Assembly (NCBI GenBank): GCA_951406725.2
Contig: OX597824.1
Span: 8,618,001 to 8,682,000 of the forward strand
From: Octopus vulgaris
Lineage: Eukaryota
DNA length: 64,000 nt
Direction of reading: 5' to 3'
Shown here: positions 40,256-54,290 of the stretch, in pieces
How the letters are laid out: each line of letters opens with the position of its first letter
How positions within the stretch are numbered: the first letter of the stretch is position 1
Made by a program: the position numbers and the translations under genes
Notes under the pieces: generated by a model
Told to the model about the DNA's origin: nothing
What the model saw: only the letters and a program-made list of their open reading frames with translations
The model's database searches: none

Positions 40256-40850
40256 CTGCTTTACTAAAAGGATAGCAGCGTCAACAGTTATAATTATAAA
40301 CCATTCCTCGTGCCCCCCCCACGCTTCCAACACCTCCACCGACCGACAAATCAAAATAAGATAAAAATAAAATATTATAAAATATAAATAAAAATAAATA
40401 GAAGAGAAAACTCTGCCACATCTCAGTACTTTGCTTTGCGAATATTGAAAACGTATAATTAAAGGTAATTTGCGAAAAGTTAATAATATTCCTGCCGAAA
40501 ATCGCGAAAGCATGAAAATGTAATAGTTCCATGCCATTTTGATTTCAGTCGAAAATAATCTTAAGTAATTAAAAACACATACAAAAATTCTAAAAAAACT
40601 TGCTGCTTGTCTGACATTTATTTTCTTATATTTTACATAGATTTCAAAACTGAAATTTTCCCGTTTCATTTGTTTTTGTATTTTAAAATATATTTTTTTG
40701 TTTTGTATTTTTTTAATGATATAAAATGAATGAAGCAGTCAGTACGTTAAGTTGATAGAAAGGATATTATGTCAGCTGTTGTTGTTGTTGTTGTTGTTGT
40801 TGTTACTGTAATTGTTGTCAATAGTGTTGTTAATATTTAGCTCCAGCTAG

Positions 40851-41092
40851 GGTGGCGAGCTGGCAGAATCGTTAGCACGCCGGACGAAATGCGTAGCCGT
40901 ATTTCCTCTGCCGTTACGTTCTGAGTTCAAATTCCGCCGACGTCGACTTTGCCTTTCATCCTTTCGGGGTCAATAAATTAAGTAACAGTTACGCGCTGGG
41001 GTCGATGTAATCGACTTAATCCGTTTGTCTGTCCTTGTTTGTCCCCTTTGTGTTTAGCCCCTTGTGGGTAATAAAGAAATAGGTATTTCGTT
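40851..41092 (+). mobile_element. SINE family C, full length
   Basis: A and B boxes, central domain, tail TTTAGCCCCTTGTGGGTAATAAAGAAAT. Confidence 0.9.
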
Positions 41093-41139
41093 TGCTATTT
41101 CTAGTAAGTGGAACAAGCTTAAGAACATCTAATTGTTAA

Positions 41140-41419
41140 ACTTTACTCTTTTATATGTTTCAGTCATTTGACTGCGGCCATGCTGGAGCATCGCCATTAG
41201 TCAAACAGATTGATTCCCCAGGACTTATTCTTTGTAAGCCTAGTACTTATTCCATGGGTCTCTTTTACCGAACCGCTAATGTACGATGACGTAAACCCAC
41301 CAACATTGGTTGTCAAGCGATGGTGTGGGAACAAACACAGACACACAAACACACACACGTACACACATACACACACGCGCGCACACACACACACATACAC
41401 ACGTACACACATACACATA

Positions 41420-41463
<44 letters not shown>

Positions 41464-41960
41464 CGGGGAGAATTCGCAAAAAACTGAAGACGAAGACAGG
41501 TGGTGTAGACAACAAACAGATGTATTAGTATAACGCTCAGGAATTGAAAAAAGTATTTTACGTTTCGAGCCTACGCTCTTCCACAGAAAGGAACACAGAA
41601 AGAAACAAGGAGAGAAAATAAAGAATGTGTATTGGTCAGCGATCTATCATAGCGAAGGACAGGCTTCTCTCAGATTCCGTCTACCAAATCCACTCACAAG
41701 GCTTTGGCCGGCCCGAGGCTATAGTAGAAGTCACTTGTTCAAGGTACCACGCAGTGGGAGTGAACTCGGAACCATATGGTTGGGAAGCAAGCTCCTTACC
41801 TCACAGCCACACCTGCGGCTGTATAGAATTTGTACATGCACACACACACATATTGTTTAATGTATGCTGAATATAATTATGGGCTACTACTCAGTGGGAA
41901 TGAACTCAGAACCATGTCGTTGGTAAGCAAGCTACTTACCACACAGCCACTCCTGCGCCT
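41140..41960 (-). mobile_element. SINE family B interrupted by the pLTR-like repeat (41463-41655), plus an extra head at 41890-41960
   Basis: Tail 41140-41345, head 41655-41820; nested insert lies at the internal microsatellite. Confidence 0.8.
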
Positions 41961-42342
41961 ATAGATAATTTTAAAGAAGTGAAACGGATCCAAGTCATAG
42001 ACGAATTGTAAGTGGTATTTATACAGTAATCAGGATGCGGAAACGGCTGTTATAATTTCATTCAAATCTACGTCGATTGCGTTCAGGAAGAATGGAATGG
42101 CTGGTTGCTTGCTTCAACTGATCATCAGACAGAATGAAATCGGTTAGAAAGAAGGTGTGACAATGAAGAACGAACAAAAACGAAAAAAAAAAACAAACCC
42201 CAAAGCAAAAAGAAAACTCTGGAAATATTTTAAAATAATAGACTATAAATGTTTGAAAGCAATAATTTGAACGGCCGATTATGTCCTTAGGGTGTTTTTA
42301 TGTGTAAAGAAAGATATTTGTAAACACACGCACACACACAGA

Positions 42343-42385
<43 letters not shown>

Positions 42386-42810
42386 TAAACACCTCAACAT
42401 ACATACATGTATTCAGACATAAGCACATACCTATATGTAAGCGAGTCTATATATTTGCATTTATTCCCATATACTTTCCAAAGCGTTAGAATATATATTT
42501 ATCCTTATGTGGGCATTGATTAAATATTCTAGGTTTCGTGTCTAGTCAGTTTCAGACATTTCCATTTGTATAAAATGCGTATTTCTATGTTGTGCAATAG
42601 CTGCACTTTCTTGATCTTTTGCCGACTGATCTCAATCTTGCTAGGACTTTATATATGAGGTTTCTAGATGTAGCTGTATATCATCTTGGCATAACTCTTT
42701 CTCTCTTTTTAATGTTTTTAAGGTTCTACAATGGTGAAGAACGTTTGTATTTATCTTGAACCATGGCAATATTATTTCTTTCCCCTTTTCTTTCTCTCTC
42801 TCTCTCTCTG

Positions 42811-42913
<103 letters not shown>

Positions 42914-42920
42914 CACATAT

Positions 42921-42983
<63 letters not shown>

Positions 42984-43025
42984 TATGTACATACATACAC
43001 ACACGCACGCACACATACATATCTA

Positions 43026-43072
<47 letters not shown>

Positions 43073-43073
43073 G

Positions 43074-43118
<45 letters not shown>

Positions 43119-43133
43119 CTCTCTCTCTATATA

Positions 43134-43186
<53 letters not shown>

Positions 43187-43271
43187 GCCTGTCTGTCTGT
43201 GTGTCTGTCTGTCTGTATGTATGTATGTATGTCCGTATGTATGTATGTGTGTATGTATACATAATGTCAAG

Positions 43272-44042
43272 GGCTAATTACGATCTGTAAAACCACTCGC
43301 ATGACGCAATTCTGGCAGAAATTTGGAAACGGCATACTGTACTTCTTGGCATTTGCACCGGAAGCTCCAATATGAACATTTCAGAGTGTTTGGGTGTCAA
43401 TCTGACGACAGAGCGGAGGATTCGGAAAGAGTTGGATGCATCTAATGGTGATTACGAAGGTGTTTGGAATGGTCACTAGTAATGGCGAAGTTGTGCCTCC
43501 ATTCATCTTCCTACACGGCCTCACACTCAACACGAAGGACTACATCACATGCCTGGAGGAGGTAGTGCCTCCTGAGTCAAGAGGGTGGCTGCTAGAAGAC
43601 CCTATGTCTGGCAATAGGACTCTGCACCATGCCACACAAGTAGCAGTTCCAGTCATGGCTGTCGGACAATTTCTGCGACCACATCTCCCCTAACATCTGG
43701 TTACGTAACTCCCCAGACCGCAACCCCATTGATTATTATGTGTGTGGTGCAGTTGAGCGAGAGACCACGAAAATTCCTTGTAACACCAAAGCTGAACTGA
43801 AGGCAAGGATTGTAGCAACATTGACCAACTTAAACAATGAGACCATCTAGAAGAGTTGCAGGAGATTCCGAAGTCATCTGGTGGCTGTGGTTGAAACCAA
43901 CGGTGATTTTATTGAATAATTTTACTCTTTAGTATTTCAAGATATTCTTTTGTAATTTTGGTAAATATATCTACTAAAATGAGATGTTAGTGTTATTTTC
44001 ATTTTTGCGTATCTTAGACGACAATATATTCACCGCACCCTG
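43272..44042 (+). pseudogene. Decayed Tc1/mariner-superfamily transposon, maT (DD37D) type, internally deleted
   Basis: VFGMVTSNGEVVPPFIF...YVWQ*DSAPCHTS..QSWLSDNFCDHISPNIWLRNSPDRNPIDYYVCGAVE...NGDFIE*; about 37 residues between the second and third D after repairing a frameshift; right end TTCACCGCACCCTG|TA. Confidence 0.85.
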
Positions 44043-44669
44043 TATATACATATACATCTATATAACTATCTATAGATCTGCTCCTCTTTATATATGTATG
44101 TATATATGTGTGTGTGTGTATATTTGGTTGTATGTATGCTAGAATTTTTTCTGATTGTGTTCACAAATAACTGATCATATGAAACAAAGCTCCCATTTTT
44201 GTGTTAATTAGACATAAGTAATCAATACCAATTTACTAATACTCTGCCTAATTGTAGCATATTTTTTCCACGCTTTTCTAATGAGTTCTCTTCTTTTAAG
44301 CGTTCTCTACTTTTAAGCGTTCTATTCTGTTTGAATCGTTCGTTTCTCTGAAGCATTCTTCTTTAAAGTAATATTTTCGTTGTTTTAAAAAGTATGACTT
44401 AATCCATATGTATCTGTTATCTAAATTACCAAGTTACAATGAGAATTCGGTAATTGACTAAGTTTAGTTATTCCGTATTTCCGTATGTTTAGCTAATATT
44501 TTTTTTAATGGAAATTGTAACAGAGAGTTTTGAAGACCGAACTGGGGAATGTGAATTATTCTTTGCCAATGGCGTATAAACAGGAGCCAGCCATTCATTA
44601 AATGCTGAGCGAGTGACAGTTGAAGTAAAGCATCTGATCCGATGTCGTTTGAACGAATATTAATTTATT

Positions 44670-45000
44670 TTGATTAAACAACTGACATTTACAGATACCC
44701 TTCAACATTTGATTCATTGTGGTTCTGTCTCTCCTTTCTGTTTTCTCCTCCTGCTATTACAATGGCTTTTGCTTCTTGGAACTGGTTCTGTGCAGTCTCC
44801 ACTCATGAATTCCCAATTCCCGCTTCTTTACTTCTTCTTCCTATCAATCACGTTATTTCCAAATCCCAAGCCCCATTCTAAGTCTTACTCCCAATATTTC
44901 CCCACTAAAACCTCAATTCTTTGGAATTTTCTCGATGTTAATGACTCTCCTGCAGATATTTCCTTGCAACAGTTCATATGGAACATCAGCGACATCAGTT
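44670..45000 (+). mobile_element. Highly decayed LINE 3' end (CR1/Zenon- or Jockey-like)
   Basis: Fragments CYYNGFCFLEL...SKSYSQYFPTKTSILWNFLDVNDSPADISLQQFIWNI resemble the Y..SF..RT...WN.LP...FP....LQ.FK terminal motif. Confidence 0.5.
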
Positions 45001-45044
45001 TCACCGGTATCCCAGGGTCCATGAAGGCTATGGTCACTGCCTAT

Positions 45045-45261
45045 AAGGCGGCGAGCTGACAGAATCGTTAGCACGCCGGGCGAAATGCGTAGCCGTATTT
45101 CGTCTGCCGTTACGTTCCGAGTTCAAATTCCGCCGAGGTCGACTTTGCCTTTCATCCTTTCGGAGTCGATAAATTAAGTACCACTTACACACTGGGGTTG
45201 ATGTAATCGACTTAATTCGTTTGTCTGTCCTTGTTTAGCCCCTTGTGGGCAATAAAGAAAC
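45045..45261 (+). mobile_element. SINE family C with 15-bp target-site duplication
   Basis: ATGGTCACTGCCTAT at 45030-45044 and 45262-45276. Confidence 0.92.
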
Positions 45262-45609
45262 ATGGTCACTGCCTATTCTTGCAGACCCAGTGAAAAATAG
45301 ATCCTATAATGCATCAGAATGGCCTACTAATATTAACACTTTTCTCCGAACTCTTAGATTATTTTCTCATATTTGATAAGAGAAATCTTTCCCGAAATAT
45401 TATAGGAGCATTAAACAAACTATGTAAATTAATAGAATATCTTTTTGTTATTATTTATTGGCATCGCCTTACATAATTTATCTACCTTCTCGCTTGCACC
45501 AATTAGAGTTTATGTTTAGAAAAATATTTATACAACTTACACATTGCAATGCTTCAAACAAATTACAATATTCGTTTATCCTAAAAATCATTCTACGGAT
45601 AATTATCAT

Positions 45610-45960
45610 AGTTACACATTAGAAGTTCAGATTCGGCTCAAATTGCTGATTTAGTCGGCATATATATACTTCATAAAATGGCCGACCAGTTCCCAGACAT
45701 CTGTGGAGGTCTATATCGTGATGATTGTTTGCTTTACCTCCAAAACATTTCAAATCAAAAAATACAGAAGGTTAAGAATAGATTAGTTAGGTTTTTTCGT
45801 AGAATGGGCTTTCACATCGTTTTTGACGATGAGTTAACTAAAGCTAACTTCTTAGATATTACTCTTAATTTGAAAAAATAACTCATACTTCCCGTACCAC
45901 AAACTTTCCACCTATCTCAAGTATATTAGTCCTTCCAGTAATCACGCTAGGGCACTATAT
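45610..45960 (+). pseudogene. Penelope-like element reverse transcriptase fragment
   Basis: SSDSAQIADLVGIYILHKMADQFPDICGGLYRDDCLLYL...ANFLDITLNLK/NSYFPYHK...YISPSSNH; GLYRDD, FLD and SNH motifs are characteristic of PLE RTs. Confidence 0.88.
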
Positions 45961-46379
45961 TACTGGTATTTTTTTTTATCAAGATTAGAAAGTGAAACAG
46001 AAATCCAACTCTTTCCTTCCACAATGAGATTTGAACCCAGAACTTAAAACCAAATTAAACACAGCTGTCTGCTGATTTACTACCTCGTCCACCTAAAAGG
46101 TCTAAAAATAATACTAATAATCATGTACACAAGTTGCGCAAAGCTTCTTGATAATTAAATCAATTTATTTCTTTATTTCTTTAGTTAATTATTTAGTTTT
46201 AAAGTGAAAGAACTAATTACGTGTTTTTCTAAAATTTATTAATTATTTTACTTTTTTTAAAAAAAAGTTTTATTTTGTTTTTCTTTTTCCGAAACCAATT
46301 CCCACAACAGCACTATAATTCATTAGAAGTTTCCAAATAGCCAATTTGTGCAATCGGATCGTCGTTTTCCGATCACGCT

Positions 46380-47027
46380 GCCGCCACCACCACCACCACC
46401 ACCACCACCACCACTATTGCCGCAACTGCCACAACTACAACACCCGCTGCAACCACAACCACCACCACCACCACCACCACGACCACCACCACCACAACCA
46501 CAACCACAACCACCACCACTACCGCCATTACAGCAACTGCCGAACTGCCACAACTACAACAACCACCACAACAACCACCAGAGCCATTACCGCAACTGCA
46601 ACACCACAACTACCACCACCCCTGCCATCATCACCTTCATTACCGCCACTACCACCGCAACCATTGCCAACACACACCACTACGCTTACCATCACCATCA
46701 TAACTACCACCACCAACACCATTACCGCAACTGCCGCAACTACAACACCCGCTACAACCACCACCACTACCTACACCACCACCACCACCACCACAACTAC
46801 CACCGCTGCCATCACTACCTTCATTACCGCCACTATCACCACAACCATTGCCAACACACACCACTATGTCACCATCATCATCATAACCACCACCACCACC
46901 ACCATCACCACCTCCGCAGCAACAACCGACATAGTGACGTTCACCACCATCATCTCCAAACTACATTAGCCATCCCCACCACAGACACTACCAACACCAA
47001 CACCAACACCAGCATCACCACTGCCAT

Positions 47028-47081
<54 letters not shown>

Positions 47082-47320
47082 GACAACCACGACCACCACT
47101 ACCACCACCACGACCACCACGACCACCACGACCACCACGACCACCGCCACGACCACCACCACCGCCACCACCACCACCACCACCACCACTACTACTACTA
47201 CTACTATTACTACTACCACCATCATCAGCACAACCAGCATCGCTAAAACCACCACTATAATTACTACCATTGTTATCAAAAATCTCTTAGCCATGCACAT
47301 CATCATCATCATCATCATTA
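46380..47320. repeat. Degenerate (ACC/ACT/CAT)n field with internal block duplications
   Basis: 46622-46705 is repeated at about 46806-46890; 46415-46460 is repeated at about 46720-46765. Confidence 0.9.
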
Positions 47321-47662
47321 ACTGTAGTAGTAGCGTCTGCAACATCGTCGTCTTCACCACCGTTTCCTTCCTTCAACATCTCTCCATCTCTCTCCTCCCC
47401 TTTTCCTCCTCCCCTCCTTCCACCCCTTCCTTACTTCTCCTTCCTCTCCTCAATACCAACAGTAACATCGTCGCCATTTGCATTAGAACATATATTGCGC
47501 AGTGTACGGTGCACTATGTGCACCACACTGCTGTGTACAGGTCAAAACATCAGAGAGGCGGACAGATCTACAGATATACAGAAATACAGTGAGGCAGACA
47601 AACAAGGAAGCAGACTGGAATCGTTGATACCATTCTACAGCTTAACATAACACTTTAACTAT

Positions 47663-47940
47663 TTTTCCTTCGATGGAGTTGGAAAAAAAACTGTTTGACG
47701 TGAAGGCTTTGATAAAAAAAAACTCTTTGCTCTGATAGCATTACTGAAAAGCATCTTTACCCAAAAGAATTTAGAAAAAAATAGGAAGAACTTTTTAATC
47801 TGATAGTCTTGATAAGAACTAGCTTTGCTTCGATGTTATTGCGAAAAAAAATTCTTTGCTTCGATGGCGTTGCTAAAAAATACTTCTTACGCCATGATGG
47901 CGTTGCTAAAAGTTAAATTTGCTCAGCTGGCGTTGATTCA
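47663..47940. repeat. Degenerate ~30-bp minisatellite (consensus about TCTTTGCTTCGATGGCGTTGCTAAAAAAAA), about 9 units
   Basis: Recurrent TTTGCT(T)(C)GAT(G)G..TTG..AAAAAA. Confidence 0.7.
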
Positions 47941-48692
47941 TTGGCTTTTGTTACTCTTTAGCTACAAGACAGATGTTCGATTGAAAGTGTTCCATCCATG
48001 GCTATCACTTCTTTTAAGGGTGTGTTGGAATACATTATTTATAGTGTATTTATAATGATCTTTTCTTTCCCAAGGCTTTAAGAAGGATTTAAGGGATAAG
48101 TGGCTGCTATTTCTAACATGTTAAATGACCGCGCAGGTTTTCAAGAATTATATCGTTGTTTCTATTCAAAGAAATACGTGACTTGTAATGGTATATTCTT
48201 ACGCCGATTGCCAACTTAGGCCCTGGGTCACAGTTTCAGTAAGTGAGTCGCAACCTCCAAGATCTTGCTGTCCGCGAAAGTGTCATGCTTACGACCCGAG
48301 CGGGTATAGAAAACAGGTTTTTCTCATCCATGCGTTTGCTACCCTGGCAGTTCAATTTGTTAGGATTTATGATTGCCGTTGTGCATGTGTGCCATGGATA
48401 AAGTAACCATTTTGTTTAGCAAAGGGATCAGTAACATCTCATTATAATGGCCCACATTTCACTTTTAGCGTTTGCCCATGGCCCCACTGTATATTATGGC
48501 ATATCTTAAGTTTATAACAATGTCTCCTCTGCGCATCCTCCTTTTCCGCTATCGGTAATGATTACGTAAGCAAAAATTAAATGATCACGTGAGCAGATTA
48601 TTCAAACGTCATCAACTTAAAAGTCCACAAATAAGATAAATTGAAAAAAATTGTTTTTAGAAAAAGCGCGAGGGCCGCAGAAAAACCCTTAG

Positions 48693-48925
48693 GGCGGCGA
48701 GCTGGCAGAATTGTTAGCACGCCGGACGAAATGCTTAGCGGTACTTCGTCTGCCGCTACGTTCTGAGTTCAAATTCCACCGAGGTCAACTTTGCCTTTCA
48801 TCCTTTCGGGGTCAATAAATTAAGTAACAGTTACGCGCTGGGGTCGATGTAATCGACTTAATCCGTTTGTCTGTCCTTGTTTGTCCCCTCTATGTTTAGC
48901 CCCTTGTGGGCAGTAAAGAAATAAG
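48693..48925 (+). mobile_element. SINE family C with ~10-bp TSD
   Basis: AAACCCTTAG at 48683-48692 and 48926-48935. Confidence 0.92.
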
Positions 48926-49117
48926 AAACCCTTAGTGGCCCACTTCTGGGCGGCAGCTCACCCGTTGTCGACGCCACTTGTGGGTTTGATTTGTCTGGAA
49001 TGCTGTTGATGGCACCGCGAAAGGTTTTTGTTTATAGGGAATGGAAAAGAAATATTTCAATGACACAGCTTGAATTACGTGTCTCCGGATTTAGTGTCCT
49101 TTTGTAATACGCAGAAG

Positions 49118-49148
<31 letters not shown>

Positions 49149-49289
49149 GGGAGAGAGGGAGAAAGAGAAAGAAGATTGAGGGAGATAAAGGAGAGAGAGA
49201 AACAAAAAAGAGAAATTAGAGAGCAATAGAGTGGCACGAAGAGCAGTAAGAAAAGGAGAGAGAGAGAAAGAGGGGAGAGAGAGATCATC

Positions 49290-49578
49290 CTCGTCAGCTT
49301 TGTCGTCAACATCATCCTCCGCACCATCGTTGGCGCCGTCATTGTCGTTGTTATCGTCATCATCACTATGATGATGTTCATCTTCCTCCTCCTCATCATC
49401 ATCGTCATCACCGCCATCGTCCTTATATGTTCTCCGTTGCCGATTCGCCGTTGTCGTCGTCGCGTCGACGGGAGTGGTTGATAAATGGAACGAAAACAGT
49501 TTTATCACCGAATACAAAGGAACTATCTTTAACGCGGTGCTGAAGGGTCACTGCGACGACGACGACGACGACGACAAG

Positions 49579-49621
<43 letters not shown>

Positions 49622-50329
49622 GCAGCCACGAAGTACGACGACCAATCATATATACAGAAGACAACGATACGTCATTACGTAGAAACACTACCGCTGCCTC
49701 CACCACCACCACCACCACCACCACCACCACCACCACCACCGCCGCCATTAATAAAAGCAAAAACAACAACAACAGCAATAACAACAACGTATAGATCATT
49801 ATTTATAACAACAACAACAACTGCAGCAAAAACAAATAACGAAGCTTCAATTTCAAAGAGAAGGACGACTTTAACAAGGAACAACAACATCATTAACAAG
49901 ATCGACAACCACAACAACAACAACAACAACAACAACCGCGAAAACAACAATGGAAAAAAAAATAACAACTACAAATGCGACATCAACAACACCAACAACA
50001 ACAACGGTAACAACCATTTGACCGATTGCTGAAGAAACAAACAACTCCATTTGTAAGGACAGCAACAGCAACAACAATAACAAAAGACAACATGGCCGAC
50101 GACGACGATGACGGCGATGGCGATGGCGATGGCGGCGGTAGCACGGATATGATGACGTCAATGGTTTTGACATGAAGGTTGTTATATGAGACCACACAGC
50201 ACTATCACCGATACTACTCCTACCACTACCGCAACTACCTCCGCCACCACTGAGACCACACTGCCGCATATACTATCTTCACTCTGGCCACTACGACACA
50301 TCACCGCGCGACTACTACTGCCACTACTG

Positions 50330-50372
<43 letters not shown>

Positions 50373-50412
50373 AATCACCACCACCACCACCACCACCACC
50401 ACCACCACCACC

Positions 50413-50459
<47 letters not shown>

Positions 50460-50698
50460 CACCACCACTACTACTAATACTACTACCACCACTACCGTTA
50501 CCAGAATAGCTACTACTACTACTGCTGCCACTACTACTACTACTACTACTAGTGCTACTGCTGCTACTACTACAACTACTACTACTACTACTACCACTAC
50601 CGTTACCACAATAGCTGCTGCTGCTACTACTACTACTACTACTACTGCTGCTACTACTACTACTGCTGCTGCTACTACTACTACTACTACTGCTGCTG

Positions 50699-50738
<40 letters not shown>

Positions 50739-50760
50739 CGCAGTACGCTACTATCACTGC
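49290..50760. repeat. Trinucleotide repeat field (CAT, GAC, AAC, ACC, ACT, GCT)
   Basis: Direct inspection. Confidence 0.9.
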
Positions 50761-50995
50761 CACAACTGTCGCCACTTTCACACATTAGCCCCGAGTAGGT
50801 TACTGGTTGTGTGGGTGTTTGTTGACAGACCTGAAACGGCCAAAGGCAGCAGGAAACATTCACCGATGACCGTTCCAAGTGCATCGCAGGAAGAGGAACG
50901 CTGATTCGCTTTCAGTTTCGTTTGTGTTGTTCTTGAGAGAGAGTTCAAAGCCGATCGTTAAGAGACCGACAAGACATTCCGAGTTGAGAGAGAGA

Positions 50996-51057
<62 letters not shown>

Positions 51058-51299
51058 AAAAGAGTTAGATAGATAGATAGAGAATGAAAGAGATAAATAG
51101 ATGGAAAGAGAGAGAAAGAGAGAGGGAGTGTGTGTGTGTGTATGCATGTTTCTTCTTTGAGTCTCAAGTCCTTGAGAGAGTTGAAGCCGGTTGCTAACAA
51201 AGCGACAAGACATTCCGATTTGAGAGAGAGAGAGAGAGAGAGAGAAAGAGATAGATTGATAGATAGATAGAGAAAGAGAGAGAGTATGAGTGTGTGTGT

Positions 51300-51495
51300 G
51301 TATGTCTGTGTGTCAGTCACTCCACCATCGTTTGACAACCAATGCTGGTGTGTTTACGTCCCCGTCACCAAGCGATAGAATACGTACTACGTTTACAAAG
51401 AATAAGTCCTGAGGTCGATTTGTTCGGCTAAAGGTAGTGCACCAGTATGGCCGCAGTCAAATGACTGAAACAGATAAAAGAATAAACGAATAAAA
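51300..51495 (+). mobile_element. SINE family B 3' module
   Basis: TTGACAACCAATGCTGGTGTGTTTACGTCCCCGT...AATAAGTCCTGAGGTCGATTTG...GCCGCAGTCAAATGACTGAAAC. Confidence 0.85.
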
Positions 51496-51799
51496 GTACA
51501 AAAGAATACTGCTAATAGATTAAATCTGGAGAAGCTGAGTCAGTTTCTTTCGCTATTTCTTTGCGAACCTTGGTATTTCTTGGTTCTTGTGCAAATTCGA
51601 ACTCAGAACATAAAATGCCAGAATGGTAAAAAAAAAAAAAAAAAAAATTTCCCCGAGCTTTATGTCAGACGTTCTAACAATCGTGCCAGCGCTCAGGATG
51701 AATGATGCTAAAAGGACACGGCAGCATCACTTGCTTAAGCAGCGACGCAACCACACCGTCAGCCTCTCATTTTATGTAACCGGGGAAAATGGTCATTAT

Positions 51800-51874
51800 C
51801 ACATCAGTGTCATCATCATCATCATCATCATCATCGTCATTATCATCGTCGTCGTCGTCGTCGTCATCATCATC

Positions 51875-51906
<32 letters not shown>

Positions 51907-52296
51907 CATCAGCATCGTCATCATCACCATCACAATCATCATCGTCATCATCAGCATCGTCATCATCACCACAATCATCATCGTCATCGTTATCATCATC
52001 ATCACCATCATCATCATCATTATCATCACCATCATCATCGTCCTCCTCCTCCTCCTCATCATCATCACCATCATCATCACCATCACCATCACCATCATCA
52101 CCACCATCATCATCTTCATCAGCATCACCTTCATCATCATCGTCCTGATCATCATCATCATCATCACCATCACCATCACCATCATCATCATCACCTTCAT
52201 CATCATCGTTCTCATCATCACCATCATCACCACCATCATCATTATCATCATCGTCCTCCTCATCATCATCATCGTCCTCATCATCACCATCACCAC

Positions 52297-52327
<31 letters not shown>

Positions 52328-52771
52328 TTCACCAGCATCATCATCATCATTATCATCACTATGATGATCGCGAGCAGAAGTAACCGCCAATCAGTAAGAA
52401 AAAAGAAACACCCCAAAACAAAATACAAAACACCCTCAAAATAACAACAATAACTCCCCCCTAAAAAAAAACCCCAAACAAACAAGCAAAAAACAAAAAA
52501 CAAAAAAGGCGAGAAATAGTGAACTTAATTGAATTAGTGAATTATTGTAAATGGGAAGACTATGAAAGCCTGTTATTTCTGGTGGGTTGATGAAGATTTA
52601 TTTGGTGCATAAATAACCATCGTCGTCATCGTCATCACTACCATCATCACCATCATCACCATCATCACCATCATCATCATCATCATCATCATCAACCATC
52701 ATCATCATCATCATCATCATAATCATCATCACCATCATCATCATCATCATCATCATCATCTTCATCATCAC

Positions 52772-52868
<97 letters not shown>

Positions 52869-52879
52869 TTCATCATCAC

Positions 52880-52930
<51 letters not shown>

Positions 52931-52942
52931 AATCATCATCAC

Positions 52943-52974
<32 letters not shown>

Positions 52975-52997
52975 CCATCATCACCATCATCATCATC

Positions 52998-53028
<31 letters not shown>

Positions 53029-53044
53029 TCATCGCCATCATCAC

Positions 53045-53115
<71 letters not shown>

Positions 53116-53179
53116 CCATCATCACCATCATCATCATCATCATCATCACCATCATCATCACCATCATCACCATCATCAC

Positions 53180-53213
<34 letters not shown>

Positions 53214-53228
53214 GCCATCATCACCATC

Positions 53229-53291
<63 letters not shown>

Positions 53292-53535
53292 GCCATCAAC
53301 GCCACCAAAGCGACAAGAGATTCCGATTTGAGAGAGAGAGAGAAAGAAAGAGATAGATTGATAGATAGATGGATAGAGAAAGAGAGAGAGAGTGTGTGTG
53401 TGTGTGTGTGAGTGTGTGAGTGTGTGTGAGTGTGTGTATGTATGTCTATGTGTCAGTCACCACCATCATCATCGCCATCAACGTCATCATCATCATCACC
53501 ACCATCATCACCATCATCATCACCATCATCATCAT
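51800..53535. repeat. Very long (CAT)n/(CAC)n arrays (51800-52370, 52618-53300, 53460-53535)
   Basis: Direct inspection. Confidence 0.95.
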
Positions 53536-53931
53536 AAATATGTGTGTATACACACATACACACACACACACACACACATAAATATACATATATATATATA
53601 CATACATACACACACATACATATATATATGCATATGTAACTACACACGCACACACGCAAACACACATGCAGATATATGCACATATGCCGCACCTCTACGC
53701 ATTCTTATCCGTGCTGCATATATCTTTCAGCAGACAGATTCTTGTGGGTAGAGATGCCTCTGCGATATGTTTTACGGGTTTTGGGGGAATTTTTTGGGTT
53801 GTCGTTAAGCTTAAGGTTAGCCACAGTTAAGTAAAATAACAAAGGGGGTATTAATGATGATGACGACGACGACGACAGCAACGATGATGATGATGATGAT
53901 GATGATGGCAAATGGTGATGATGGTTTAGAG

Positions 53932-54207
53932 CAGTGATTCTCGAAGTAGGCGGTATTGACCCCCCCCCCCCCTTGGGGGGAAGTTCCAAGGAGGCGTTGA
54001 AGAAAAATGGGGTGATAATGGGGGAGTGATTCATGTAAAAACAACGAAATAATGGGTTCAGTAGGTTAAAGTTTTGTGAAAAACCGTTGCTTTGAATTTG
54101 CTTCAGAAAGAAGTCTGTGTCTGTGATGGTTAGTTGGGGGTGGGGGCACTAGGAACCTTGTCTGGGCATCAAGGGGACGGTAGCCCGAAAATGTTTGGGA
54201 ACCACTG
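53932..54207. mobile_element. hAT (Charlie-like) MITE
   Basis: CAGTGATTCTC ... GGGAACCACTG termini; imperfect 8-bp TSD GTTTAGAG / GCTTAGAA. Confidence 0.75.
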
Positions 54208-54290
54208 GCTTAGAATTTCATCCTTCTAAAGAAATAATTATACATACATACATACATACATACATACATACATACATACATACATACATA

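Noticed and set aside
40136-40669. 177-aa hydrophobic ORF
   Set aside because: AT-rich F/I/L-biased open frame running into a SINE; no coding signature
46348-47592. 414-aa Pro/His/Thr-rich ORF
   Set aside because: Translation of degenerate ACC/ACT/CAT repeats, open in several frames, non-ATG start, no domain or splice support
50182-50781. Ser/Gly-rich 199-aa ORF resembling a signal peptide plus low-complexity protein
   Set aside because: (ACT/ACC/GCT)n microsatellite; no coding evidence
51623-53308. Long poly-I, poly-D, poly-M and poly-S ORFs
   Set aside because: Artefacts of (CAT)n arrays
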